DNA of 64,000 nt from Hydrolagus colliei (Eukaryota): positions 5,146,001 to 5,210,000 of the forward strand of contig CM068749.1 of NCBI GenBank assembly GCA_035084275.1, given 5' to 3'. Position 1 is the first letter of the stretch, and every line of letters starts with the position of its first letter. Shown piece after piece: positions 22,997 through 35,792 of the stretch. The notes under the pieces were generated by a model. It saw only the letters and a list, made by a program, of their open reading frames with translations, had not been told where the DNA came from and did not search any database. The position numbers and the translations under genes were made by a program.

Positions 22997-23887
22997 CTGC
23001 GGAGGAAGAACAGACATGATCTGAGAGTTCAGGGCCTCACTTGCCAGACATGAATATCCTGATGTGACATGTAGTGACACCTCAAAATCCCCTCTTCTTG
23101 GCCAATTTACTGATCCCAATCAGGAGGCAGAGCAGCCCTACAGGCAACAGGTAAGAGCCAGTACTGAGGAAAACTAACATTGACATTTAACAAATATGGG
23201 AAAGAAGTCGCTGAGACCCCCTCATACATTCAGGCAACGCCCCCTCCCCTGGCAGGGTGAGTGTGGACAGGATTATAACAATTGTCCTCACGTTTGATCT
23301 ATTATAATGTCTGAAGGACAGTACCTCTGCCAATATATCATCCCCCAGCACTGCACTGGAGACTTAGCTTAGACAACGCTATTCTGATATCAGGACTTGG
23401 AATAGCATAAAGAAAAGAGAAGGGAGTTTCTCTCTCTCCCAAGCCATTTTGTGGCCTTGTTGGTGTAAATGTGTTTTATAAAGAAACAGATTCAAACTTC
23501 ACACCTACATACACTAAAAACCAAGTGCTTTGCAGTAATTACTATAGTATAGTGACTGTGTGTTTTTGTGGGCGAAGATGGCAGACAATTTGCACACAGC
23601 AATATCTCCTTCACCCTCAGCACTTGGGCCATGAGCCTCTCTGCCCCCACACTTTGGAATTCCATCCCACAGTCCCTTTGCCACCCTCCCTCCCTCGCCT
23701 TCTTCAAGGCCCATGTCAAGACCCTCTTTTATGACTGCGCTTTGGTCACCCTCCTACCCACACCCACCTACCCACACCCATCTTGCTCTCCACCCCTCCT
23801 GATCCCAAACCCCTGCAAGGGCGCCGAGCAAATGTAATTTGTTGTTGTCCCACAAACACAGGTGAGGCGTGCTGCAGTGATACGTAC

Positions 23888-23995
23888 TGAGATCAATCAA
23901 TTGCTTGAAGTACCAGTGGAAGGCTCTACTCATCTTCTCCACAGCAACCTTTGGGTTCTTGACTAAAAGTTGCTCAAATGGTTTTGTGGACTGGT
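23888..23995 (-). CDS. RGSL1: RGSL1-like exon (QSTKPFEQLLVKNPKVAVEKMS)
   Basis: Matches ITKMSFEELCYKNPKMAIQKIS; phase 1-1. Confidence 0.88.
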
Positions 23996-24741
23996 CTGTA
24001 CCGAAAGAGAGTACAAATGTCATCTCCAGCATCTGCCAGCTGTCAATCCCCAAGGGGAAGTAAAACTTAATAATAATAATCCTTGCATTTGATATAGCGC
24101 CTTATCATGTTGTTGAAATGTCTCAAAGTGCTTCACAGTGATTGTGTATTCCGTGGGTGAAACTCAACTGCCGGTTTGCACACAGCAATCTCCCATGAAC
24201 AACAATGAAATAAGTGATCAATTGTGTTTAAGGGGTTGTCGGCCAGGACACTGGGAGAAACTCCCTTCTCCTTTCAACTGGAGCCATGGGATCTTTAACA
24301 TGCACCAAAACAAGTACAGACAGGACTTCGGTTTATTGCCTTGTCCGAAAGAAAGCAACTCCCTTGTCTCCTTCACAGAATATACCGTTTTGTGGGTAAA
24401 ATGTGTCAACAATGTCCCACAAACAGTCGTGGATTGAGTGATCAAATTGTTTTTCTTTGAGGAATTAATACCCCGGAGAGGAATCTGCCAATTGATTTAC
24501 AATCGGGTTCCTACTTACCGCTAGATAAACAGGGGCTTTTAGAGTAGGCATGTAACCTAAGGTTTCGCCATGCCCAGGAATCAAATCCAGATCCTCTCAC
24601 TTGCGAGGCAAGTGCACTAACTACTATGCAATGGGAGTCCAACATCTAACAACTCCCTTCCTCTTTCATCCACACTTGCAAAGCTTTACAAAGAAACTGG
24701 TTTGAATTTCATACCTACATCATTTCCAACTCAAGTCTCAC

Positions 24742-24818
24742 CAACCACTAGTTCTTGATTCATCGGAAACTTTCTCTTCACATTATACTTGTGGAATTTG
24801 GACTGGGTTCCCCCCAAT
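24742..24818 (-). CDS. Candidate extra RGSL1-like exon (LGGTQSKFHKYNVKRKFPMNQELVV)
   Basis: Open frame, GTGAGA donor; phase 2-1 complements 25799-25958. Confidence 0.5.
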
Positions 24819-25798
24819 CTGGATCATCATTACAAACAAGTTATCAGTGCTCTGGCAATAGCATGTCCAGGGTTATAAATGGGGCCGTAGCAGTGTTGGT
24901 GCTCCTCTGATCAACTGGATCAGCCCTACCACACGATACAGGGAATGAGGTGGAACATACAACCAATACTAAAGGATAAAACTGTTACAAAGAAGTGAAC
25001 GTGTATACAATATTGTTTAGGTCGCAGTTGGAATATTGATTGCAGGTTTAATCGCGACACTATAACAATAATCGTACATTTGATTTCAAATCATGAGGTG
25101 TTAGGGGGATGTCTCAAAGCACTTGACAGGATGTACTGTTAAAAAAGTGGATAAACAAAGCAATCAGTTAGCGCACGCAACATCCCACAAACAGCTAATT
25201 TTATCTGGGGGATTGTTGACCCCGAGAGACAGAAACTCCCAGCTCTTTTGAAGTAGTGCTGCAGTATCTTTGCTGCTCCACGTCCCCTGACCCACCCGCC
25301 CCACCATTGGCGGGCAAGACTTTAGCCACTCTGCCCCCAACCTCTGGAACTCCATCCCACAGTCGTTCTGCCTTGCCCCCTCCCCGGCCTCCTTCGAGTC
25401 CCGTTTCAAGACTCTCCTCTTCAATGGTCCCATTGGCAACTCCTAATCCTCCCTTTCCCTTCCACATCCCCCCCCTCCCCCCACCCGCTCCCATGTCCCC
25501 AGCTCAGGTCTGACGCAATGATTGTCCAGGGCATTGGAACGTCCTCTTGACGTGAAAAGCACTATCCAAGTGTAGTTTTGTTGTTGTTTAACATTCAGGT
25601 AAATGGAACCTGGGTTTAAGGTTGCACCCGAAAGATGACACCTCCAACAATGCAGCGCTCTCCTAGCTCTGCGCTGGAGCCTCAGCCTAGACTGTAGGAG
25701 CCCAGAGTCCTGACATGGGACATGCCTCAGAGACAAGAGACAACATTCGCCCAGCAGTGGTGTAAGTGGGAGGATCTTAAACACTCTGGGCTGCTGAC

Positions 25799-25958
25799 CT
25801 CTCCCGTGTATAAAGGTGATTAACAGTGATGGGCGACAGGGGCCCTGGCTGGGTCACTTGGCTCCAGTAATCAATGAGTTCAAATGCAATTTCACCTTCA
25901 CTGGTCAGGTCAGCCAACCTACCCACAGCAAGACTGTAATGACTGTGTCCTCGGTCTA
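25799..25958 (-). CDS. Candidate extra RGSL1-like exon (DRGHSHYSLAVGRLADLTSEGEIAFELIDYWSQV...)
   Basis: Very long Py tract with TAGTAG acceptor, 52 open codons, AG|GTCAGC donor, phase 1-2. Confidence 0.55.
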
Positions 25959-26439
25959 CTAGGGGTTAGAGAAAAGAGAAATAGAGGATAGAGAGTGTGA
26001 ATGAGAGAGAAAATAGAGAAAGACAAGAATTTACATCTCAAGAGTCAGTCATGCAGCCGATGTGTCTGTGTTGCAATTATTTTCATTTAGATATTTACAC
26101 AACACCTTATACATGAAGACAATGTGAGGCCGATCTGGGGGAGGGGGAGAGTGTGAGCTAAAGCCCATTTGAAAAGATAGATCTCAGGGTGGGTTTTGAA
26201 GGTATGTACAGAGGGGCAAGGCAAACAGAGTGATTGGAAAGTGAAGGCAGCAGAGTTTAGAGATAGAGTGAAGAAGCTCCATCCATCCACTGTCCAGTAA
26301 AACTGTCCATCCATACTCCCAGGTGTACCACAGCATGGGTTAGAGACAGAGTAAAAGCTCTGTCTACAACATTAAAATTACAATTACATAGCACCTTTCT
26401 CAACAACAACTACAGCTTTATGAGCATTTAAATAGCGCA

Positions 26440-26990
26440 CTCCACACCGGGCGGCATCTCAGAGTGCTTCACAATGGCAGAGCCCGAGGCTGAGCCAGAG
26501 GGAGGGGGATGGTGACAGTAAGTGAGGTTGAAGAGAAAGATCTTCAGGTGTGACCTGAAAATGGGAAAGTAGTGGCTGAGGTAACAGTTGATGGAGGGCG
26601 TCCCAAAGTTTCAGGACGTAGTGGTTGAAAGCATGACCATTAATGGTAGAGGGGTGGATTCGAGGGACAAGGAGGAGGCCGGAACCAGTGGAGCCGAGGC
26701 AGTGAATACTGCTGTGAGAAGAGAGGAGGTTAGGAATGTAGTGGGGGTACTGAGCAATGAAGGGATTTAAACACAAGATTGAGGGTCTTGAAACCGATCC
26801 GCTCTGTGACAGAGCCAGTGGAGTTTGGCAAGAACTGGGATAATTGGGGTACGAAATTTGGTGCAGGTGAGAATGCGAGTGGCGGAGTTTTGGATGAGCT
26901 GAATTTTGTGAATGTTGGAGGAGGGGAGACCAGCAAGGAGGGCGTTGGATTAGTCCAACTGAGAGGTGACAAAGGCACTGTGCCTCCATC
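26440..26990 (-). mobile_element. Degenerate L2 3' fragment
   Basis: Same 3' region as the 30925 element, with frameshifts. Confidence 0.75.
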
Positions 26991-27655
26991 TCCAGTCACT
27001 GTGCAATTTTCCGTCGGGAATTGTCATTGAACTGGTGAGGTCAAATCTGGAAAAATCTGTAATGGGTAAACTGTGTCAGGAGCTTGGTGAAGCTAGCCAC
27101 ACTATATAATAATGATAATAATAGTTGCATTTGATAAAGCTCCTAATCTTGTCTTGAAGAACGTCTCAAAGAGTTTCACAGAATATACTGTAAAGTGAGT
27201 TCAGTGTACATTTAATGGACAGAATCATAGAATCTTACGGCACAAAAGGAGGCCATTTGGCCCATCGAGTCTGTGCTGGCTCTTTAAAAAGAGCAATTTA
27301 ATCCCACTTCCCGGCTCTCTCCCCATAACCTCGCAAACCCATTCTCCCCAAATAAATATCTACCTCTCTTTTAAAAGTTGTTATCGAATCGGCCTCCACC
27401 ACCTTTTCAGGCAACCAATTGCTTATAGTAGTGTCCCATGATATATACACTCTAGATCTAAACCAACAACAACTTACATTGATTTGGCACCCTTCACTTG
27501 GGGTAGCATCCTGGACCACTTAACAAAAAAATGAATAAAAATAAAGACACACACACACACATACCCCCACCAACACCGATACCCAGATATAAGGGAAAGA
27601 CTGCTGGATGCCGAGTGTTTATTCAATTTTGGGAATGGAACACAGTGGCAACTTT

Positions 27656-28088
27656 TCATGTCTCAGGTGATACATTTTCTGCTGGTATAGACTTGATCAA
27701 ATCCGCAGATTCATTTTCCATTATTGGAAAATCGTTTGCATCCAAAGGCGACAGAGTTCCGGATATGGACATCAGACTTTCTAAGCTGGGCCAGTCTGTA
27801 GCCGGAGATATGAGTCTGGACCCAGGCCAAGGAATTCCTGAACCAGGAGAATTCAACCCCGTTTCGAGCCACGATGGAGTCCCCCCCCATTCTATCGTTG
27901 GAGACGTAAATCCTGATCCAGCAATCTCGCTCTCTGATCCGGAAGTCGTTTTTCCCGATGCATGTCTTCGTTTGCTCCTCCTCTTCGTCATCTTCCCCGA
28001 TCGGGTACCATCCAGATTGGACTCCGACTCCTCCATCTGCTCCTCATTTGTCTGATTGTTTGCTCCATTGATCAGAGGCATTTCATCT
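27656..28088 (-). CDS. Unassigned exon-like ORF ending in a stop (DEMPLINGANNQ...KMTKRRSKRR...AENVSPET*)
   Basis: Strong acceptor ccctctcttgcag, phase 1, about 143 open codons in non-repetitive DNA; no recognised homologue. Confidence 0.4.
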
Positions 28089-29711
28089 GCAAGAGAGGGA
28101 ATGGATGGGAATGCTGAATTGGGAAGAATGAAATGAACACAAAATAATCCAAATTTTCTGAGGCTATTTTAACTAGATTGGTTTGTGCAGCTCAAAATTA
28201 GGTCCATGGGCCCCTGTGAATGTGAACAATTGCTTTGATGTCTGGTTTAAGGATCCTCACAAGTAAGGAGAGCAAATACACATACTAGGTTTTCTTTTAA
28301 TGTCAGAAGGTTATTGTTTACTGGTTCACACATTGAGAGATTCAGAGACAGAATCGAACCCTTGCGAACATACCTGATGGCCACCTTGGTGAAGCAAGGG
28401 CTCCTCTCCATGGAAAGCTTTAGCAGAACATGGCAAACTCCACATCTTCTGCCACCTCCTAGAGTAAGAACCGTTGTCCTTTACGATGTTGGACATTGAC
28501 ATTGCTCGATGTGGGGCAAGCCATTGTGGTCTTGAGAAGGAAAAAAGTGCTGACCTGAACAGACCTGCGCCTTTGACACTAAATAAGTCTGGGGTGTACG
28601 TGACAGGAGAGAAAACAATGGTGATTGAAGGTAACAAGTTTAACTATCTCCTGACGAGATTGGCATTGTTTCAGAGAAACTGAGATTGACAAGATCCGAC
28701 TGGTGAGAAGTATACTGCATGTGCCTCGTGCCCACTTTTCAGCTACTACACCCCAAAACTCTGTAACACTCTTTCTCTATCTCCCGGCCTTGCCCCTTTC
28801 TTCTCTATCTTCAGATTGCAGCTTTGTCAACAGTCATGTCCCCCTCTCCCCCTGGCTCAGCATCATGCTCACCTACTGTTGCTACCTTCCCTGAGGGGTG
28901 CTATATAAATGTAACTTGTTGTTGTTATAAATGTGAGCAGGTTTTGGCAAGAAGGGACAACAGCAAGAATACACAAGAGCAAGAAAGTCTCAACTTCAAC
29001 TCTTCAAGTCGCAGGCGTGATCAAACAATCGTCCTGAATTGTACCTCAAACGTAAGCATGCTGATAGATTGTACACCTTATTTATTTTGATTAACTTAAC
29101 CAATCCTCATGTGTATTTAACCAATCCTTTTTTTATCAAATGTGCAGTACAACATAGGAAGGCATCTTCTTAATAATAATAATCCTTGCATTTGATGTTG
29201 CACTTTTCACGTGTTCTAGATGTCTCAAAGCGCTTAAATGAATTTAGCTTTATAAATATTGTTTGTAACAACTTACATCTGAGTCTTTGCCTGAGGATTT
29301 AATTGAGGTATTCAAAATTATGAGGAATTTTGAGTGAATAAGGAGAAGCTGTTTTCTCTGGCAGATGGGTTTACTTAGCAATAAGTAGGAATCCGGTTTG
29401 CGCCCACAAATCAACTAACTTACTGCTAAGTAAAGAGGTGTGCAGAGTAAGGAAACTTGCCTAAAGGTTGCCTTGGCCGGGAATAAAACTGAGGCTCCTC
29501 TCACTTGTTAAGTGAGTGTGCTAACTACTACACTACAGAACTTTATGGAATACAACTGATCAGCGAGCTGGACAACAGGAGCAAACTGACCAGGGATCAG
29601 AGTTTGCCACATTCTGCCCTCTCCACTGCAGAACCTCCCACTGAGCTGAAGCTCACATATTGCTGTCCTTTGCCATCATCATGCCCCAGTTGGCTTGCCA
29701 GTCCCTCTTAC

Positions 29712-29958
29712 CAATGACTTCTGGGTAGAATGTTGGAAACTCAACGGAGCCACCTTTCCCAGGGTCCTCGGTGGACAGCACCTTCCAGTCCTCCTCCCTC
29801 AGGGGCTGCTGGTCTCCGGAGCTGGAGCAGGCCTGAGCCAGCAACAGGGCCTGGAACATTCGCTTGGATCTAGGGTGTTCAGCTGCCTCGTCCGGAGTGA
29901 CACCCTGATTCACACACAGCGGCTCCGAGGGTATTAAATCATGATGCTTCTTTCCAAC
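29712..29958 (-). CDS. RGSL1: RGSL1-like exon (...WKVLSTEDPGKGGSVE)
   Basis: Matches WRKIATEDLKQGGSLQ; phase 0-1. Confidence 0.88.
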
Positions 29959-30248
29959 CTTCAAGGTTAAATCAAGTAAGCGAGTGTGAAGTTTACATTC
30001 AAAAGCAGCATCTAGCATTCATATAGCGCCCTCGACGTAGGATAGGGCCTGGCTTCGGAGCGCTTCACAATGTCTAGGTGTTTGCGATCACATGCAGAAT
30101 GCAGGCTCTCCTCTCCTCCTACAAATCCAGCTTGTGGCTCTCAGCGCCTTGGGATGACCTCCCAACATAAAAGGTGCGCTATAATGTAATTTTGTTATTG
30201 TTGTTGTTGTTATATCACACTCTACAAGGCTCTACAACATAGACGCAC

Positions 30249-30311
30249 CAGGAAAGTTAGAAACTGCTTGTCTTCTTCATCCAAGAATTGGTCATACAAT
30301 CCCCGCAGAAC
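30249..30311 (-). CDS. RGSL1: RGSL1-like exon (VLRGLYDQFLDEEDKQFLTFL)
   Basis: Matches MLSPWYDEFLDEEDYWFLLF; 63 bp, phase 0-0. Confidence 0.9.
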
Positions 30312-30319
30312 CTGGTGTG

Positions 30320-30924
30320 GAGAGAGCAGACATATAGAGCTGTATTCAGCTGTACACAGCATTGATCAGACCCCCTGGAATACAGTGTTTTGGTACAGTT
30401 TGGGCCCCAAGGAAGGACCTGAGGAAAGATATATTGGCCTTGGAGGGGGCCAATATAATCACAGAATATGGGGGGCTTAAAAGGATAGATTATTAGGCAT
30501 GGTTGCATAAACTTGGTCTGTATTTCTTTGCGGTTCGTTTAGAGAGCTGAGCGATGATCGGATTAAGGTGTCTAAAATAATAAAGGGATTCGATAGGGTA
30601 GATAGAGAAACTATTTGCTCTGGTGGTGGAATCCAGTCAAGGGGGCATCATCTAAAATTAGACCTGGGCCATTTAGTAGTGAAATCAGGAAACAGTTTTT
30701 ATTATAGTAACGTTTTCATACCCCAAAGGTAATGGAAACGCTCTCCTCCTAAAGGCTGTGGATGTTGTATTCATTCAAATGTTCAAGACTAAGGTGGATA
30801 GATTTTTGTTAGGTCAGATTTTTGTTGTAGCAAGAGAGCAAAAGAGTTGAGGTATACACCAGCCATGATCTAATAGAATGGCATCAAGACTCAAGAGGCT
30901 AAATGAGAGGCTGAACTCCTGTTC
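30320..30924 (+). mobile_element. Degenerate CR1 3' fragment
   Basis: Decayed LERVQRRFT region and CR1 tail. Confidence 0.7.
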
Positions 30925-32224
30925 CTGTGACCAGGGCTCCCTCTGCCTCATCGTCCTCCTTGACCTGTCTGCTGCGTTCGACACAGTCAATCACACCATC
31001 CTCCTTCAACGTCTTTCCTCCCACCTCAACCTTCAAGGCACAGTCCTTGACTGGTTCCATTCTTATTTGACCCACCGTTTACATTTTGTTTCTTCCAATG
31101 GTTTTTCTTCAAACCCCCGCACAGTTTCCCACGGCGTCCCTCAGGGCTCTGTCCTCGGTCCCCTCCTTTTCACCCTTTACACGCTCCCTCTGGGTGACGT
31201 CATCCGCAGACATGGGGTAAATTTCCACATGTATGCGGATGACACCCAGTTGTACCTTTCTGCCTCATTCCTCAACCCCCAGACGATCGATGTTCTGACA
31301 GCATGTCTGTCCGACATCGAGTCGTGGACGAGGGACAACTTTTTGCAATTGAACGTGAATAAGACTGAGGCCCTCCTGATTGGCTCAAGCCAGCGCCTCC
31401 GCACATCGGGCGCTGCCAGCCTCAATATCCAAGGTTGCACTCTCCACCTCACAAAGCCAATCAGGAACCTCGGCATCATGTTCGATCAAAAACTTTCCTT
31501 CCTCCCCCACATCCGCGCCTTGACCGGCACCACCTATTTCCATCTGCGCAACATTGCCAGGCTCTGTAATTATCTTACCCCCCGCGCTGCCGAAACACTT
31601 GTGCACGCATACATCACCTCACGGCTGGACTACGGAAATTCTCTCCTAGTCGGCCTCCCCAGTTCCTCCATTTATAGGCTGCAGGCCATCCAAAACTCTG
31701 CAGCCTGTGTACTATCCCGCACCCGCCTCCGCGACCACATAACCCCCACCCTCGCCCGTCTCCACTGGCTCCCCATCCTCCAGAGGATCGAGTTTAAGAT
31801 CCTCGTCCTCACCTACAAGGCCTTGCACGGCCTTGCCCCATCCTACTTAACCGATCTACTCTCCCCCTACACGCCCACCCGGACCCTCCGTTCAACAGGA
31901 CTTGGCCTGCTCCAAGCCCCCCGCCCGAACCGCCCCACCATCGGAAGCCGGGCCTTCAGTTTCTCCGCTCCCACCTTATGGAATGCCATCCCTCAATCCC
32001 TCCGTTTCGTCTCTTCCCTTTCCTCTTTCAAGGCCGGTTTGAAGACTTTCCTCTTCGATCGTGCCTTTTGTTCCACCCCGAACTCTTTTACCTCCCCTTC
32101 GTGTTTCACCCCTTCCCAAACACTCCCCTCCCAGCTCGGGTCACACGCCTCCTGTTCAGCGCCTTGGGACTTCCTCCCGACGTGAAAGGCGCTCTATAAA
32201 TGTAAATTGTTGTTGTTGTTGTTG
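30925..32224 (+). mobile_element. Young 5'-truncated L2 LINE with uninterrupted RT C-terminal ORF
   Basis: LLDLSAAFDTV, GVPQGSVLGP and YADD motifs; open to TGA at 32185; (GTT)n tail. Confidence 0.95.
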
Positions 32225-32302
32225 TTATATTAATAGGGAGTGGTTGCAAAATGGAGGTGACTTGCTGAACATGTTTGACTGCAATAGGAAGGCGTGGCTC
32301 AC

Positions 32303-33342
32303 CTCGCAAATCTCCTTCTTGGCTGCCATTATCCAAGGCATAACTGTACCTGAGGGGATGAGATTCTTGAGGTGTCTGGCAGTTTGTTGACTTAGCTTGA
32401 CATACTGCTCGCTGTCTTTTCTCAAGTAAACCTGAACAATTTTGTCACCTAACATCTGCCTGAGAAGAAACCCCGACTGGTCCTTCTTTTCCAGAATGAC
32501 GTGGGTCAAGTTGTTGAATTCGTGCCAGAGGTTGATGAGTCTAACCTGGTCAAAATGTTTATTCTGCTTCAGGAAAGCCTCAAACACGCCTGCTGCACTT
32601 TCGTCCGCATCGAGGGCCCAGTGAAGATACTCACAGTCAATGGGAAACTCGAGAATTTCCTTTATCTGGATGGTTGAGGCAGCCTTGATGACGGGGCTGT
32701 TGGAGTCCAGTTGTGGAAGGACAAACTCCTGGAGGTCTGTCTGGCTTGCCTTGCTGGTTGCCAGACTGCAGTAGATCTGTGGGGATCCCGTGGCTGCTGG
32801 GTGGCACACAGACACATCCTTCCCCAGTGAGGTGCACTTGGTCCACCCTGGGAAGTGAGAGTAATACGTTGAAGAGTCTTTCCTGGAAACGCTGGTGTTC
32901 ATCAAGTCAGAGACGGCCTTTGGTTCAGAGGGTTTCCAGCAAACTTCATGGCGGGCTTTAGTCTGCTGGCTTTTCAGCTCATTTGGGAATGTGGAGTTAT
33001 TCTGTTTCACCTTCTCAGTACAGTAGGGCAACTTCCAGATCAGTCGCTTATTGGTTTTGGTCGAGTACAGACCCTGGTTGCCCTCGGATCTTTTGATGAT
33101 CATTCTGGAGACCGAGTACTCTGCAATGCAGGCCAAAGGCACCTCTGTGCTCACTTTCTCGTTGTACAACTTCAGGATGGACTTACACTCGGGTACCTTC
33201 TCCATGGAGTACTTGCAGTGCATGAGGAAGCGAGGCAGCCAGTAATGCTTCAGCTTGTTCAGAGCTCGGTCTTGCATTTTCATCAGCAATTGTTTTCTGG
33301 TTTTATAGGACTTACATGGCTTGGACCAGTTCAGTGGAGATT
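32303..33342 (-). CDS. RGSL1: RGSL1-like large exon (1040 bp)
   Basis: KLKHYWLPRF, ALDADESAAGVFEAFLK, LPSG.V.PWI..AKKEIC match RGSL1; phase 1-0. Confidence 0.93.
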
Positions 33343-34291
33343 CTTATTATTCGAAGGATAGAAAAAAATAGAAACAGGGAAACAAGTTTACAGCTTATTC
33401 ATCCTCCAGTTCCGCAAACCAATGACTTACATGAATACAACAACAGCAACAAAATTACACCTTTCACGTCAGGAGGACAGCATCCATAATGCAGGATAAT
33501 AATAATAATCTTTGCATTTGAAATAACGCCTTATTGAGTTCTCGCAACATCTCAAAATGCTTTACAGAATACATTGTAAAGTGAATTGGCTATGTATTTT
33601 GTGGGTGAATCATGGCAGCAAATTGCACACAGCAATGTCCCACAAATACTTGTGGATTGAGTTACCAAATGCATTACCCCTGGAGAGCAATCTGCCAATT
33701 GACGAACAACCAGGTTCCCACTTACTGCTAGGTAAATAGAGGTATGTGGAGAAAGAAACTTGCCTAACATTTTGCCCAGACCAGGAATTAAACCCGGGTT
33801 CTCTAACTTGTCACTCATAGCAGGATAGAACTTTAGAGCACTGCACAATGGCGGGATTGAAGCTGAAGGGGTCAAAGAGATAAGTCTTTAAGGTAGGATA
33901 TAAAGATAGATAAAGAAGGAGTAAGGCAGAGGGCTGGAGGCAGAGAGCTCCAGAGGTTTAGAGTGTAGTGGCGGAAGGCATGGCCACTGGTGATGGAGTA
34001 CAATGGTTGGGGAGACGCAGAGGAGTGAGGTATGTGCATGTCGGTGAGGTAGGGAGGTACTCAACCGTGAAGGCATTTGTCAGGACCTGGTGAACAGTGC
34101 AACTAGGCAGTCTTGGTAGTCAGGTTCCTGAGCCAGGCGGATCCTCAGTACTCCAGGGCATTGTTGATGACAGTATTGTCAGCCTGGTTAATTGGCGGGA
34201 CTTGGAAGGGCAGACCAGTCACTGGAAGCTGGTCTTCGGATTGCATCTGGACCCTCCAATGTTTGGAGGTGCTGTTTGCCTTAACACTTAC

Positions 34292-34453
34292 CGACGTAAC
34301 CTGCACAGGTTGTCATGACAGAAGAGCCATCCTGCAGGTGTGTGGCCTGTATTGTGCGGAGCTGGGAAAAGTACTCGCTTCTGTGCTGAACATTTGTTTC
34401 ATCCAATTCCTGTAACCTTTCCACCCGCATCCAGAACTCAACCAGTTCTTCCC
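34292..34453 (-). CDS. RGSL1: RGSL1-like exon (GEELVEFW...ATHLQDGSSV)
   Basis: Matches GEELVDFW..ATHLQEGSRV; phase 1-1. Confidence 0.92.
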
Positions 34454-34740
34454 CTGCACACAGCAAGCGATGGGTTACCTGAAAGCTGAGTGTCCGCAAA
34501 GTCCTGTTACTCCCCCACATTTACTTCTGTCGAGCATTGGCCAACAACTGAAACATATACTTGTTCTCCTTATTCTTCCTTCAAATTGTACAAACTCATA
34601 TTTATCTGTACTAAATTTCATTTGCCACCTCTCTGCCTAATTAACTGATTTGTCTATGTCCCTCTGAAGTCACTAGCAATCTTCTCCCTGTTAGCTAAAT
34701 CCCTATTTATGTGTGAACTTTGCTCCATGTTGCTGCTTAC

Positions 34741-34839
34741 CCGGTGTTTCCCTGAGGAAAGAACGGAACCGTTTCATCCCCCGGGAAGTTCCAATGCATT
34801 TCCTCAAGAGCCAGCGATCTGCACTCTCCACCACGTCCG
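34741..34839 (-). CDS. RGSL1: RGSL1-like exon (DVVESADRWLLRKCIGTSRGMKRFRSFLRETP)
   Basis: N-terminal helices of an RGS-like domain; GTAAGC donor; phase 1-1. Confidence 0.85.
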
Positions 34840-35623
34840 CTGCCAGTAGGAAGGGAGAATACTTGTCAGGGAGTCAGTGGGTAGCAAAACAATTCAACAG
34901 TCGGCCAACGACAATAACTTGCATGCGGCGCCCTTCATACCGAGCAGCGTCTCAGAGCGCTTAACACTGGTGGAGTCTGACACTGAGCTGGGAGGTGTAT
35001 AAGGTTGAAGAGCAAGTTCTTCAGGCATGATCTGAAAGGGGGAAAGGAATGATCAAAGCTGGAGGGATTGAGGCAGAGTTCCAAAGCTTCAGAGTGGCTG
35101 AAAGCAAGGCAACTGATAGTGGAATGGATGGAATGAGGGACAAGCAGGAGGCCAGAGCCAGCTGAGCGGGGTCAGTGGGTAGTGGAGTGAGCAACAGCCC
35201 GATTAGTCTGTAACATGGACTTTGCCAAATGTGGGAGGCTACCTTGGGAACCTGGATTGCCGAAGAAAGGGAGGACCTATGGTGATGGGTCAGTGTATTT
35301 TTATTCTGGGTCTAGGACTGAAAGGCAGCCTGGACTCACTGCATAAGGGGTAATTCTCTACAACAACGTTGCAGATTAGATCTTATCTTTCTCACTCCTA
35401 CTCTGGATTACATAGCATTTCAACTGTAGTATGCAACAACAATTTTTATATAATAGCATCCTTCACGCAGGTTAGTGTCTCGGAACGCTTAACAGTGACG
35501 GAGTATGAGACACCTTATATGTGGGCCTGCACAGTGGTGGTGGAGGGGTATAAGGCGGGCGGTAATCTGGAACGTTGAGCTCCGGGAATGTCAGGAATGA
35601 CAGGAAGACTGCGAATACCGAGG

Positions 35624-35792
35624 GTGAGCTGGGAACGCTGAGGGCTGAGTGAGCTGGGAACGCTGAGGGCCGAGTGAGCTGGGAACACTGAGGGCTGGGT
35701 GAGCTGGGAATGCTGAGGGCCGAGTGAGCTGGGAACGCTGAGGGCCGAGTGAGCTGGGAACGCTGAGGGCCGAGTGAGCTGGGAATGTTGAG
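35624..35792 (+). repeat. 25-bp minisatellite GTGAGCTGGGAACGCTGAGGGCCGA, about 6.7 copies
   Basis: Units counted directly. Confidence 0.95.
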
